Shown here: one piece after another, positions 36,451 to 49,400 of the stretch
Layout: each line of letters begins with the position of its first letter
Position numbering within the stretch: the stretch's first letter is position 1
From: Octopus bimaculoides
Taxonomy: Eukaryota
DNA length: 64,000 bases
NCBI RefSeq assembly: GCF_001194135.2
Contig: NC_068990.1
Span: 13,768,537 to 13,832,536, forward strand
Reading direction: 5' to 3'
Made by a program: the position numbers and the translations under genes
The notes under the pieces: model-generated
The model's database searches: none
Told to the model about the DNA's origin: nothing
What the model saw: only the letters and a program-made list of their open reading frames with translations

Positions 36451-37096
36451 GTATTGTTACTATCATCACTATTGTTTTACTTTTTTTGTTTAGTTTTTAT
36501 TATTATTGTCATCACTCTAATTTTAAAATATTGCTATCATCTTTTATCTTTCATAGCTTACATAAAACATCTCTCAAATTTGGTATCCCTTCTTCACAGT
36601 GACAATTTACTAACATCTATTTTTCAACGTTGCCGATTTTCTTTTTTCTTTTTTGCGTCTCTGCAGCAACACTTCACTCTTTTGTATTTACATATCTGAC
36701 TCTCATCTTATAGACGTATAGTTTTATGCAACCAATTGTATTTCATATCGTTGTTTCTACTTCCCATTATTATACTCTGTCTTTTGGGCTATTATTAAAC
36801 GGTAAACACGCAGTATTCTAGGAATACATTCGACAGTCAGCATTAGTAAATGTATTTTACTGTCGTTAAGTGAAATCTATTGTATTTTTTTTTTATGGTT
36901 ATACCTGTATCCTCATTGTTGTTTCAGCGTTTCTGTGCGATTATTTCCGATAATATAATAGTTCGTCCTTTAACTAACGCTTGCATCTCCTTTCACTTAT
37001 TTCTCTCTCTATATTTTATATGTATGTGTGTATACAGACATATATTTACATACAAGCATATATGGAGTCACAAACACACACAAAAATATATGAGTG

Positions 37097-37132
<36 letters not shown>

Positions 37133-37581
37133 NNNNNNNNNNNNNNNNNNNNNNNNNNNNNNNNNNNNNNNNNNNNNNNNNNNNNNNNNNNNNNNNNNNN
37201 NNNNNNNNNNNNNNNNNNNNNNNNNNNNNNNNNNNNNNNNNNNNNNNNNNNNNNNNNNNNNNNNNNNNNNNNNNNNNNNNNNNNNNNNNNNNNNNNNNNN
37301 NNNNNNNNNNNNNNNNNNNNNNNNNNNNNNNNNNNNNNNNNNNNNNNNNNNNNNNNNNNNNNNNNNNNNNNNNNNNNNNNNNNNNNNNNNNNNNNNNNNN
37401 NNNNNNNNNNNNNNNNNNNNNNNNNNNNNNNNNNNNNNNNNNNNNNNNNNNNNNNNNNNNNNNNNNNNNNNNNNNNNNNNNNNNNNNNNNNNNNNNNNNN
37501 NNNNNNNNNNNNNNNNNNNNNNNNNNNNNNNNNNNNNNNNNNNNNNNNNNNNNNNNNNNNNNNNNNNNNNNNNNNNNNNNN

Positions 37582-37616
<35 letters not shown>

Positions 37617-37619
37617 TCT

Positions 37620-37676
<57 letters not shown>

Positions 37677-38439
37677 TGAGAGAGAGAGAGTGAGAGAGAG
37701 AGAGTGAGAGAGAGACAGACAGATGGGGAAATCGTTTCAAAATCAGTGAACTTCTTTATATTTAACCACTCATACTTTATTTCTTCACATAACACCTTCT
37801 ACATCCTTATAATATTATACTTTATGTAATGTCTACACACACTCACACAAACATACATACACACACGGACGCACATACACACACAGCTAAAATTCCTTAC
37901 ATATGCCTATATATAAAACAAATATATATACAAATATGTATGTATATAGAATTCACATGTATATATATTTGTGTTTGTGTGAGTGTGTGTGTATATATAT
38001 TCCATAGATGCGCATGTACGTACAATATATGTATGTGTGTGTATGTGTGAAGCACTATACACAAATAGTCTGTATTATTCCATTAAAAGTTTTTCCTTCT
38101 TTATTTACTTACAACTATTTTTGTTTATATTTTGTTTCTTGTATATATATTTGTACGTATGTGTGTGTGTTTGTTTGTTTGTTTGTTGATGCTCTTCTTT
38201 TTGTTTCCTTCTACCATTACTTCCTATCCACATTATTTTGTTACTTGATAACTTTTCTTTCTCACATCGTATACACAGCTCCCCCTTATCTTTCCTTCCT
38301 CCTCTCTCACTCTTTTCTACCTATCTCTTTTTCTCTGTCACTCAACCCCACTCTCTCTCTCCTTACGCTAAACTAAAAAAACCTCTCTCTGTCTTCCGTT
38401 TGTTTTCTATGAGATGTATATAGATAGATAGATAGAGAG

Positions 38440-38492
<53 letters not shown>

Positions 38493-38574
38493 TAGGAAGA
38501 TGGATAGGGAGAGAGACATACATACATGTGTGTATACATACATACACACACCCATCTATATGTGTATATATATG

Positions 38575-38607
<33 letters not shown>

Positions 38608-38623
38608 GTGTGTGTGTGTGTGT

Positions 38624-38994
38624 GGAGGTGCAGTGGTTAGGGAAGCGGACTCGCGGTCGTAGGATCGCGTTTCGATCCCAAGACCGGGCATTGTGAGTAT
38701 TTGTTGAGCGAAGACACCTGAAGCCCCACGAGGCTCCGGCAGTGGGTGGTGCGAACTCTGCTGTACTCTGTCCCCACAACTTTCTCTCGCTTTTTCTTCC
38801 TGTTTCTGTTGTGCTTGTATTTCAAAGGGTCAGCCTTGTCACACTCTGTGTCACGCTGAATCTCCTCCTGAAACTATGTTAAAGGTACACGTGTCTGTGG
38901 AGCGCTCAGCCACTTGCACGTTAATTTCACAAGCAGGCTGTTCCGTTGATCGGATCAACTGGAACCCTCGTTGTCGTAACCAACGGAGTGCCAC
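38624..38994 (+). mobile_element. SINE family C, full length
   Basis: GGAGGTGCAGTGGTTAGGGAAGCGGACTCGCGGTCGTAGGATCGCGTTTCGATCCC...GATCGGATCAACTGGAACCCTCGTTGTCGTAACCAACGGAGTGCCAC. Confidence 0.9.
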
Positions 38995-39001
38995 GTATCT
39001 A

Positions 39002-39041
<40 letters not shown>

Positions 39042-39043
<2 letters not shown>

Positions 39044-39430
39044 CGCAGCCTCTGTGGTATTGCTTCCCAACCACATGGTTCCGAGTTCAGACCCACTTCG
39101 TGGCACTTTGGGTAAGTGTTTTCTACTATAGCCTCTGGCCGACCAAAGCCTTGTAAATGGTTTTGGCAGATGGAAACTAAAAGAAGCTTGTCGTGCGTGT
39201 GTGTGTGTGTGTGTATGTTTGTGTTTGTCCCACCACCCTCACCCACTCGCCATCGCTTGACAACTGATGTCGATGTGTTTACGTCGCTGAAACTTAACGG
39301 TTCGGCACAAGAGACGGATAGAATAAGTACTAGACTTACAAAGAATACGTGCTGGGGTCGACTTTGTCGACTAAAGGCAGTGTTCCAGTATGGCCGCAGT
39401 CAAATGACTGAAAAAATAAAAGAATAAAAT
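39042..39430 (+). mobile_element. SINE family A, full length
   Basis: GGCGCAG...TTGCTTCCCAACCACATGGTTCCGAGTTCAGACCC...(TG)n...GATAGAATAAGTACTAG...GGCCGCAGTCAAATGACTGAAAAAATAAAAGAATAAAA. Confidence 0.9.
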
Positions 39431-40468
39431 AATATATATATTTATGTATATACATTAACCTCATCATTATTCTGAAAACTATATGTGCACGAAGGTGCGT
39501 GTGGCTTTCTATGTGCATGATTATGTTTCATTTTTTCATATTGTACGTTTTCCTCCTTAAACTGTCTATGCCCTTTCCTCGCTTTCTCTCTTACTGTGTA
39601 GACAAGCGTTTCATTCCGTCTGATGTTCTATTCTATCTTTTATTAAAATATAATTGTATATAAGCAGCATCAGACGAGTAGGGAAATGAAACCACCGTTT
39701 GACTTCTAGTCACATCGGTTTATTTATTCTATATATATATATATATATATATATCGAGCCTGTCCAGCTAACAGAAGTCATAATTTCCAGTAGAATCTTT
39801 AATCTTTTCGGCAAAATGTTTTTACTAACTTAGTTATTGTCATATATTTTAATATTTTTTTTATTTCTTAAATTTGCTGGGAATTGTTTAATAATAGTGC
39901 TTACTCACGCTTATGAAAGTGGATCATCTTTGTAATATATAAAGAAACTTTGAATATAGAGATCCCTCGGCTGTTTTTTGTCTTCTTGTTCGTGTACATG
40001 TTTCTGTGTGGAATAATAATGCTAATGCGGACATTTGGTAGTATATATTATAAATAGTACGCAATAAATAAATACGTATAGACATGTAATTCTGGAATGC
40101 GAGAAGTGTTCAAAATTTATTCTAAACATTGCCGCGGGCTATGTCTAACGAAATTAGCCGTCATTCCGTTCGTAATTTAATTAAATTCATTTGATATTTT
40201 ACCAGATACTTGAAAGTATTTTATGTGTTGGTATGTGTTTGTGTAAGAAGTGTGTGTGTGGGGGGGGGGTAAATCGGTTAAATACAAAGTGATCAGCGAA
40301 AATATCTGTAGCACACGAAAGCATACAGTTCAAAGCGGTTCTTCTCTCTGACTGCAATCCAATGACCAAAATAAATAAAACATAAAAATCAACAGATATG
40401 TTACTTGTGTATAATATATCAGCCATTATAAAAAAAAATTGCTCTGTTTTGTGGTGGTCATAAATATG

Positions 40469-41378
40469 TACACGGTGCATTGTAAAATTGTTCAGACTTT
40501 TTCCTGGTGAGATTTTAATTAATTACAAAACTCTAATAACTTTCAAAGTAAGATCCTCTCTCTCTTCAATGCACCTGTTGTAGCACTCCAGCCACTTTAT
40601 AAAGGTTCCATTGCAGTCCTCCAAAACGAAGGTGTCGAAGATCCTTGTCACAGCCACCTTCATCTTCAAAATGACCGCCCTTGAAGTTCTTCAGATAGAG
40701 GTACAACCAAATATCATAGGGAGCAAGTTCTGGACTGTAAAGAGAGTGAAAGAAAGTTTTAATGCTAATTTCTGTCAAGTAGTTGGTTTCCAGGACGCTA
40801 GACACTCAGCACTCAGGAAACAAAGTTTGCACAAATTTTGCGCCTATTCAGATTTTCATGAATAATTCTACGTACAGTTATCACGTCAACTCCAAACTGA
40901 ATGCATATTGTCTTATAGGCACACGGCGGTCTTCATCGAGAAGATTGCGAATTTTCTCTGCCAATTCTGATGCTCAGATGTCCTTCTCCATCCCACACCT
41001 TTCATCCTCTCTTACCTCTTGTATACCGTCCTTGAATCTCTTGTAGCAGCAAAAATTAATAATTCTGGTGTAGTCTGGGGCATTTCGCACGTTTCTGTAG
41101 CGTTTTTGCCCACTTCAACACAAACTTTTATAGCACAGAGAGATTCCAAACTACTCCACTGCATTCTGCAACGTAATCAGTGTGATAATCAGTGTTTAGT
41201 AGGGTGTGTTCAAAGTGCTGTTATAGCCGTCTCCTTCAATCTCGAAAAATGGCGATAGTTGGCAGCTGAGCGTATCAGATGTATAGTAATGATATACTAA
41301 AATTACAACCATCTAGGAGTCAACTAAAAACTGCCTCTACTAATATAATGTCTCAAAGCTTCTGGATTGCACCACGTA
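40469..41378 (-). mobile_element. Internally deleted mariner transposon
   Basis: C-terminal HSLYSPELAPYDIWLY (YSPDLAP motif); N-terminal peptides AIKVCVEVGKNATE and ELAEKIRNLLDEDRR. TA|CACGGTGCA... at 40469 and ...TGCACCACG|TA at 41378 form degenerate TIRs. The central catalytic region is missing. Confidence 0.8.
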
Positions 41379-41567
41379 TTTACTGCGACTGAACGCTCGA
41401 GAAATACTCTGTGAAGCACGTGAAAGGACTCAAAATACACGATATTTACATAATAGCACTAACATTTATAAACTTTGATATGACAGATAGAAAACTAGGA
41501 GTGATATACTGATTATGGAGAGAGCTCTCATTGCAAGGTATAGAGACTTATATCAAATATCAATTTA

Positions 41568-41611
<44 letters not shown>

Positions 41612-41764
41612 ATAAGAGTGAAAAAACTACAGAAGGTTTGTGTTACATGGTTAAAGTATATATTTAAATTATGTCAGAAAAATGTTAGAAAAATGTTAGA
41701 AAATCTTTTTGGTATATAAACATTGTATTTTGATATATATATATAGCTAAGATTTACAGAAAAG

Positions 41765-41865
41765 CAAAATACGAAGACAGGTGTATAAGCAAACAGGTGT
41801 ATTAGATTAAGGCTCGGGAAGGTGAAAACAATCTTTTATATTTCGTCCCTACACTCTTCAACATG
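41765..41865 (-). mobile_element. Possible Penelope-like terminal repeat with a minimal hammerhead-like relic
   Basis: Minus: TTGAAGA-GTGTAGGGAC-GAAA-TATAA at 41836-41861; lies downstream of the (TA)n tract at about 41570-41603. Confidence 0.35.
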
Positions 41866-42789
41866 TGTGTATATGTTTTAAAAGAATTTGGTTAATATTA
41901 TCGCCCTGGAAAAGTTGTGTTAACATAATTTTCGAAAATATTAATTCTAATATTATAGAAATATTAATACAATGGAAACAATTACCAGCTTTATAAGGTG
42001 AATTCAAGAATAAAGATGTGATTTTCCCTATACGTACGTTTTGTTGTTTTTATATATATCCTCGTATACATAAACATATGCATGAATGTACATATTGGTG
42101 TGTGTGAGTGTCTGTATATGTTACATATTAATATGTAAGACTAATGATTATATTTGCACGTGTCTTAAACCTCTGTGTTCATCTGTTACATTTTATCAAT
42201 TTTCTAAATGCCAATAAACTTAAGAACAGCAAATTCATAAATGATTTTATTTTGTAAATGTCAGTCCTGCCATTAATAAGCGAGTCTTCCATGTCAATTG
42301 AATCGATTCCTTGATATCGACCCATTTCATTTCATTCATCCACCGAGATATATAGCTAAATTAAATACTGTAAGTAATTCCTTGTGAGTCGCTACATGGA
42401 TGCTTGACTTGCTAGAAATAGCAGCTAAATTTCTCTACATATTACACTTTACTGTATTTAACGAAAAAAATCACATTTTGCATTTTAGTCTTTTATATTC
42501 ACAAACCAACACGATGGACGTGGCCGGAAGGCGTTGCATTAAAACCGTTCTGCAATGATGAAAATGAAAGAGAATATCATTAGATATTAAACTTATTGTT
42601 ATAGCCATTTCCAATCTTTTCATAATTGATTTCTGCGTGGTTTGAAAGAAATTCCAATTCTTGGATACTTATCATTACATGAACAACCAAATTCTTTACA
42701 AAATTCGTTTGTAACATTCGATCAATTTTGTTTCTTTAATTCTTGATTATTCGAACTCGTTACATTTTAAAGAATTTCTGCTCTGTTGC

Positions 42790-43494
42790 TGTCATGAATC
42801 TAATCCTGCTGGGGGAATCCAAAATATAAAACTGGTTCCCAGGAGCAAACCGTAGTTTCGGTACCCATTCGTATAATACTATTAGTAGAACATGTCCAGG
42901 CACTGCCCTTGCCAGTTTCTGTAGGATGTTCTGGTGGGCTGCAGGACCACCACTACCTTTTACTCTATGCCCAGTAGTATGGCAGCCACCAGCCAGACTA
43001 TATTCACTTCTGGGGGTATGTCTTCTATCCTAACCCTGGAAGCACGTCTCCCAAGGTATACGAGTAGAAGTACCACTTCTTCAGTTTTTAATGATGTAGC
43101 TAAGTGCAGTCTGGCGGTAGCTATATCACGAAACTGCACTTCCACCGTTCCGTACTCTCTTCTCCTGGCAATGTATGAAATCATTTGCCAGACTAGTCTC
43201 AACGCCTTTTTAACTTGTTCCTCCGACAACACTTCTATTTTTGTTGTTCCCACCGCGTATCTCCTATAAAAAAATCGTCCTCTCGTTTTTATCTTTTACC
43301 ACTTCTTGTGTGTGTGGTGGGGGGACGACACTTCCCATCGTTCCCCTCCCTTTTAAGTATTTCCTTGAACCTGCTCAATTCTTCTAAACTTATCTCTTCA
43401 ATTTTTCCTTTTGCCACTGCAGCATGATTCTTGGTTTCAATTTCCTTGTCAATTCTTTTTTGAAACATTTTACGATTTCTTCCTCAGACGACAT
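42790..43494 (-). pseudogene. Frameshifted ORF1 (gag-like) relic, probably of a non-LTR retrotransposon
   Basis: ATG at 43494: MSSEEEIVKCFKKEL..., then after frameshifts ...TTKIEVLSEEQVKKALRLVWQMISYIARRREYGTVEVQF...GRRASRVRIEDIPPEV..WLVAAILLGIE*KVVVVLQ. Shares the GT[VI][ED]V[QR]F motif with 51 kb. Family assignment is from recall, not a search. Confidence 0.5.
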
Positions 43495-43626
43495 AAAGTC
43501 AAATTTTCACAACTCATTACACGACGCCCCTCCATTAAACAAGATGAAAAACGTCGTACCACTAAAACAGCCAAAAACCACGTGGGTTACACACAAAGAC
43601 AGTAGATCAACTAACAAACGGTATAC

Positions 43627-43664
43627 TGGAAGCAAGCTTCTTACCACGCCGCCACTCCTACGCC
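43627..43664 (-). mobile_element. Isolated SINE family A head (A-box part)
   Basis: Minus: GGCGTAGGAGTGGCGGCGTGGTAAGAAGCTTGCTTCCA, compared with the family A start GGCGCAGGAATGGCTGTGTTGTAAGAAGCTTGCTTC (copy ending at 48289). Confidence 0.75.
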
Positions 43665-43794
43665 TACAGTGTTTAATTCTGTATTTCATTTGACAACAAT
43701 ATAAACTCTAGCATTTTATAAATGTTGTAGTTTATATTGTTTTCTTTTAACAGATAAAATAATCCCTAAATACATGGTAATAAACATTGCCTTT

Positions 43795-44010
43795 AAGGTG
43801 GTGAACTGGCAGAATCATTAGCATACCGAGTAAAATGCTTAGCAGCATTTTGTACGTCTTTACGTTTTGAGTTCACATTCCGCGGGGGTCCACTTTGCTA
43901 TTCGTTCATTTTGGAGTCGATAAAATAAGAACTAGTTGAGCACCAGCGACAATGTAATCGATTTAACACTACCCCAAAATTGGAAGCGTTGTGCCAAAAT
44001 TTGAAATCAA
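43795..44010 (+). mobile_element. SINE family B
   Basis: AAGGTGGTGAACTGGCAGAATCATTAGCA...GAGTCGATAAAATAAG. Confidence 0.85.
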
Positions 44011-44028
44011 TAAATTAGTACTGTATAG

Positions 44029-44067
<39 letters not shown>

Positions 44068-44344
44068 ACACACACACTCACTCACTCTACTCTAGATACA
44101 TAGCGAACGAGAAAAATATGATAACGTGATGTCTATAATTTTCTCTGAAGCAATTAAGAGAAACGAAGGTTACAGTCAATTATGTAAATGGAATTGTAGA
44201 CTAAGATCGCTTGTAGTATAACTGTTATTCTCGGCTACTCATGCACGCAAGAACTAAAAAAATGTATAAAACAAAAAATAACTGTTTCCTTACACTTAAA
44301 ATAGTGGTAATTAATTTTGGAATAGTTAATCTCGTAACACATTA

Positions 44345-44558
44345 ATTATTTCCTACTCTAGGCACAAGGTCCGAAATCTTTGGGAAGTCCAGTCGATTAG
44401 ATGAACTCCAGTATACAACTGTTATTTAATTTATCGACCCCGAAAGGATGAAAGGCAAAGTCGACCTCGGCGGAATTCGAACTCAGAACGTAAAGACAGA
44501 CGAAATATCGCTAAGCATTTTGCCCGGCGTGCTAACGATTCTACCAGCTCGTCGCCTT
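44345..44558 (-). mobile_element. SINE family B
   Basis: GGCACAAGG...ATCGACCCCGAAAGGATGAAAGGCAAAGTCGACCTCGGCGGAATT...CAGCTCGTCGCCTT. Confidence 0.9.
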
Positions 44559-45427
44559 CCTAACACACTAATTGATAAAATAATATGCAGAATATTTTAA
44601 TTCATACAGCGCATCTGTTTGTTCTTTGTTTATAGGATTGTAGCTAAAATCAGCCCCAAGTGTTAGTTTACCTTCCTCCCATGTGTTCTGTATTGCTTCC
44701 ACAGTTTATATTGAACAGCTGTTTCAAATATGTCTTACTTATTTACAACTTGAGCTGACCCGTTTGTTCTAAGATATTTACTTAGGCTGTCGCTGTGCAA
44801 TGTTTCTATCTACCTTTCACTTCCCTATCGATCGGCTACAATTCTACAGTTGTTTGTATCTGTGTATAATATTGACTATTTCTTACAATCGCTTTTCAAG
44901 TGTTATAGACTAGATAAAGTTGCATTTTCTGTTACGTTACTCTTAACGTTGGTAACAATAATATGATCCGTAAAATCAATGTTTTACAGTTAGGGGAAGC
45001 CTCCTTGGTCACGCAGTGTCTTGAGAAAAATCTAATGTTATCGATATCTCAGAGAATATAAATCATTGACCAAACAATAGTTTTGCATTGGTTTAGATCA
45101 AAAACAATTTTGACCTATCGAGGAAGACAGCATTGAAAACTTATTTTTACAATCGTATTTCATTCTTTATGTGTGTATTTTGAAGTCAGGTTGTATAGTA
45201 AAGCTTCATTTTTGTATTATTTTCTATTCTACACATCTAATTCTTTATTCTTTTACACTGTCTCCATATCTCTATACAAATCACTACCCAGCTAGCTTTT
45301 TATGGGCAATTGTACACGGTCTGATTAGCTTATGGTTATCAGAGAAAAACTGGTAGTATCAGAATACAGATAAATAAATACATCAATATTAAGTACAAGA
45401 GAAAGAAATATAAATCTCTAAGCAAAC

Positions 45428-45467
<40 letters not shown>

Positions 45468-46816
45468 NNNNNNNNNNAAAGAATTTTGTTTTGTATAAAA
45501 TATGTTATTCACGTTATTTCAGAATAGAAATCGAATATATTACATGGTCCGAAAGATGTAATAGTGGAATTATCTAAAAGGGTCTTCCAGTCTAGAGGAA
45601 TATCTCTTTTGGCTTTGATATCGATGATATCGAATTCCGCTTAACTATCACTGCTTTACTTTTTAATGGGAAGACGAAAATGGAATTTTCATTTACTTAT
45701 AAGAAATTTCGTTATCGTTAACAAAAGTGATCAGTTCAGAGTTATGTGGTTTCGGATCTCTCTCTTTCTCTTTCTCTTGCACACGCAAGCAGACACACAC
45801 GTACACATACAGAGACGCATACACACACACACACATGATCTGAAGCAGAAGTATTGAATTATATATATATAAGATATAGATGCATGCTTACGTCTCAAGC
45901 TTCCCTGCTGCATAGAGGAAGAAAGAAAATCGGTTGTTGTATAGCGTAATATAAATGTTTATTTTCTGGGACGTGATTAACCTGGTCAACTTCCAAAAAG
46001 TGCCGGGATTTCTTCAATAAAAATATCTTTGAAGCAGGCATTGAAACTCTTATTAAACAAAGAAGTCTATCGGATTTTTGCCACTAAAATTGCAGCAGCA
46101 GAGTCGGAATGGCTTCACTGATAAATGGAAACAGAGCTGCATGGTAACTTTATTTGCCGCGCACACCATAACAGGTGCATAAAATATTTTGCTTCGTATA
46201 TCTTGCACAATATATTATAATGAAATCTGCACTACAAATAGAGAGAGGGGGAGAGTGTATGTGTGTGTGAGTAAATAAATTAAAATAGAGATAAACATAC
46301 GCTTGAGAACAGTCAACGAATGATAAAATGTGATAAAATGTGTTAGAGTATATAGTGAGTTGACGTTTAATTTATTGTTAATTTGGCAGACGACAACATC
46401 CCTGCATTATTCCATAAGCATTACCCGAAAATAGCTGATTAACATCATAATTACAAGGTACAACGTTAAACTGTGTTTTGAATAAAACATAGCTGCTCGT
46501 TCTATTAATACAAATAATTTTAAAGATTAATGTTGATCCCTTTTGATGCGTATTATTAGAGCACATTACAGGGTGTTGAGCTGTCAACAATTATAGAATT
46601 AAATACCGGGCTAAAAGTCGTAATTTATTTAGTTTCCTTCATTTACGCCCTGAGTTCGAATCCCATGGGATTATCGTTATCGGTCCTTCCTCTTTGAATC
46701 GATAACATATGATCCAATAATAAATACAGTGTTAGTTTTATCGATTATCAAAAGACTAATTATAATAATTTGGCCGGCTGCCAATGTAAAACGAAAATCG
46801 ATATCCGGTTTGGAAA

Positions 46817-47020
46817 TAAGGCGGCGAAATGACAGAATCGTTAACACGCCGGACAAAATGCTTAGCGGAGTTTCTTCCGTCTGTACGTTCTGAGTTCAAA
46901 TTCCGCCGGGGTTGACTTTGTCTTTCATTATTTCGGGGTCGATAAAGTAAGTACTAGTTGAGCGCTGCGGTCTATGTAATCCCCAAAAATTGCTGGCCTT
47001 TTGCAGAAATTTGAAACCTG
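46817..47020 (+). mobile_element. SINE family B
   Basis: TAAGGCGGCGAAATGACAGAATCGTTAACACGCCGG...GAGTTCAAATTCCGCC...GGGGTCGATAAAGTAAGTAC. Confidence 0.85.
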
Positions 47021-47431
47021 TATTTCGTTTGGAAATACACGAGTAGTCTAATCTGTAGCTAGTTGACTTAACAATGAACGAACTACTACGCCGTTTTATT
47101 GATTATAAATAACAACTAACTCCAACTCAATGGAGATTGGAATGACATTTTGAAACTGGAATGACACTGGATAAAGAACTTCTGGAGAGTAAGAAAAGTT
47201 TGTTATGGTTAGAATTATTTCATCACACATCTGCCTCTTCAGGATTGAGCTGGTACAGAACAACAAAAGTCAGATATTCAAAGCATTACAGTTAATCTAT
47301 AAATCTTTGTATCTCGGAAAATGAGTCGAAATTCCTTTCATATTTCTAGAATCTAATATAAAGTATAAGGCACTTTTTTCAGTTCTAGGTTCTTTAATTT
47401 GTTGAGACAAATCTAGTATGTATGTATTAAC

Positions 47432-47754
47432 TGGCGCTCAGTCCGATAAAACAACGAGAGTTGCAGTTGATCCGATCATCGGAACAGCCTGCTCGTGAAA
47501 TTCACGTGCAAGCGTTGTCTGAGCACACCACAAATACGCGTACCCTTAAAATAGTGCTCAGGGAGCTTCAGTGTGATGTAGAATACGACAAGGTTGGCCC
47601 TTTAAATTAGGGATACAACTCATTTTTGCCAGCCGAGTGGACTTCAGCAACGTGAAATAAATTAACTTGTTCAAGGACAGAACGCGCCGCCAGGAATCGA
47701 ACTCAAAACCTTACGACTGGGAACCGAATACTCCTAACCACTAAGCCACGTGAC
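47432..47754 (-). mobile_element. SINE family E: D-type tRNA head and core joined to a C-type tail
   Basis: Minus: GTGGCTTAGTGGTTAGG...GAGTTCGATTCC...TTGAACAAG..TATTTCACGTTGCT..GTCCACTCGGCTGGCAAAAATGAG (D-like), then AAGGGCCAACCTTGTC...TTGCACGTGAATTTCACGAGCAGGCTGTTCCG.TGATCGGATCAACTG (C-like). Confidence 0.8.
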
Positions 47755-47869
47755 ATCGCTATGTATTTATCAACACTCATATGGTTAGGGAAAAACAAAC
47801 CCATAGTTTATTCAGAGCAATTTGCTTTCTCAATTACATTTAAGGTGCATATTTATGCTACGCAGGATA

Positions 47870-48289
47870 TCTTTCTTTTACTAGTTTCAGTCATCTGCCT
47901 GCGGCAGTGCTGGAGCACCGCCTTTAGTCGAACAAATCGACCCCAGGACTTATTCTTTGTAAGCCTAGTACTTATTCTGTCGGTCTATCTTGCCGAACCG
48001 CTAATTTACGGAGACATAAACATACCGACATCGGTTTGAAGCGTTGGTGGGGGAACAAACGCAGACACACAAATGCATACATACATACATACAAGCAAAC
48101 AAACACACATATATATATATATATACGTCGGGCTTCTTCCAGTTTTCCGTCTACCAAATCCACTCACAAGGCTTTGGTCGGCCCGAGGCTATTGTAGAAG
48201 ACACTTGCTCAAGGTGCCACGTAGTAGGACTGAACCCAGAACCATGTGGTTGAGAAGCAAGCTTCTTACAACACAGCCATTCCTGCGCC
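47870..48289 (-). mobile_element. SINE family A, full length
   Basis: Full reverse complement, from TTTTACTAGTTTCAGTCAT to GCTTCTTACAACACAGCCATTCCTGCGCC. Confidence 0.92.
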
Positions 48290-49400
48290 TATACATCTAT
48301 ATTATAATGTTTGAAGAAGTGCAGGAATCTGTCCAGTTTATTTCGTACCCCACACCACGTTATTAAAAAAGTCATACTACTTTGAAGGAATTATAAAGAA
48401 CATTTAAAAAAATTTAAACTATAAAGTTTATTCGTATATTATACACAGATTATACTGCTTAATATTACAAGATTCGCTTCTGTTTTAAATGTCAACTTCC
48501 GTTTGAATTCCATATGTAAACAAATAACTTTTCTTCGTGTTCGTAAAAAATGTACTAAAGCGAAAAAAAAGCAACAAAACAAGTGAGTAAATTATTTTTA
48601 AAAGTATTACGTAGTGCAAAAATAATAATCCCTATCTAATAGAATCAAGTTTTCAAATTGCGTTATACTGCGGTCATGCTGGTGTACAACCCTGAAATTA
48701 TTTAGTCAATAATATCATCTCCCACCACAGTTCTTCGCACATGGTCAGATATATGTTGCATTATCAAGAGTGTCAAGAAAAGAAAATATAAAAATATTAA
48801 CCGAGATAAATGAAAAGGGTCCATTTGCTGACAGTTGTGTCAGCATAAAAGTTCTACATTCATTACTCTCTTTTAATTGAGATGTATTTAAGCTTCTTTT
48901 TTATTGCTAGGAAAGGGACACTAGAAACACTTAAGATGTCTATAAGTGAATATAATGAAACAACAACATAGCAAACTCAACTTTTCATATTGGTAAATGT
49001 AATTCATTAATTCCCATAAGAGCATCTGTTTTCAAATTCACTCAAGTGAAGATTCATGAATATTTTCCCTTGACAGTCTCATCTCTTTTCCAATTTTCGT
49101 TATCGTCTTTTTCAAATGTATCATGGGTTATTTTACTGATTACAGAATAAACAATAACAGAGACTTCGTTCAATTTATGAGCATATTGTCAATTTACTCT
49201 ATAATTTATGTATCATATCTATATGTATATATAATATCAATATGCGCAACACGTATACCAGCAGAAAACCGCCTTCCAGGCGGTTTTTCTGCTAGTAATT
49301 TATAATTAACTCTTAAATTAGTTTGAATATCAATATTTAGACAAACGTTCACTCTATGTCTGTGCCTATACACACACACACATTCACACACTCGAGCATA

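Noticed and set aside
46005-46080. FNKNIFEAGIETLIK resembling a mariner C-terminus
   Set aside because: Too short and no TIR found.
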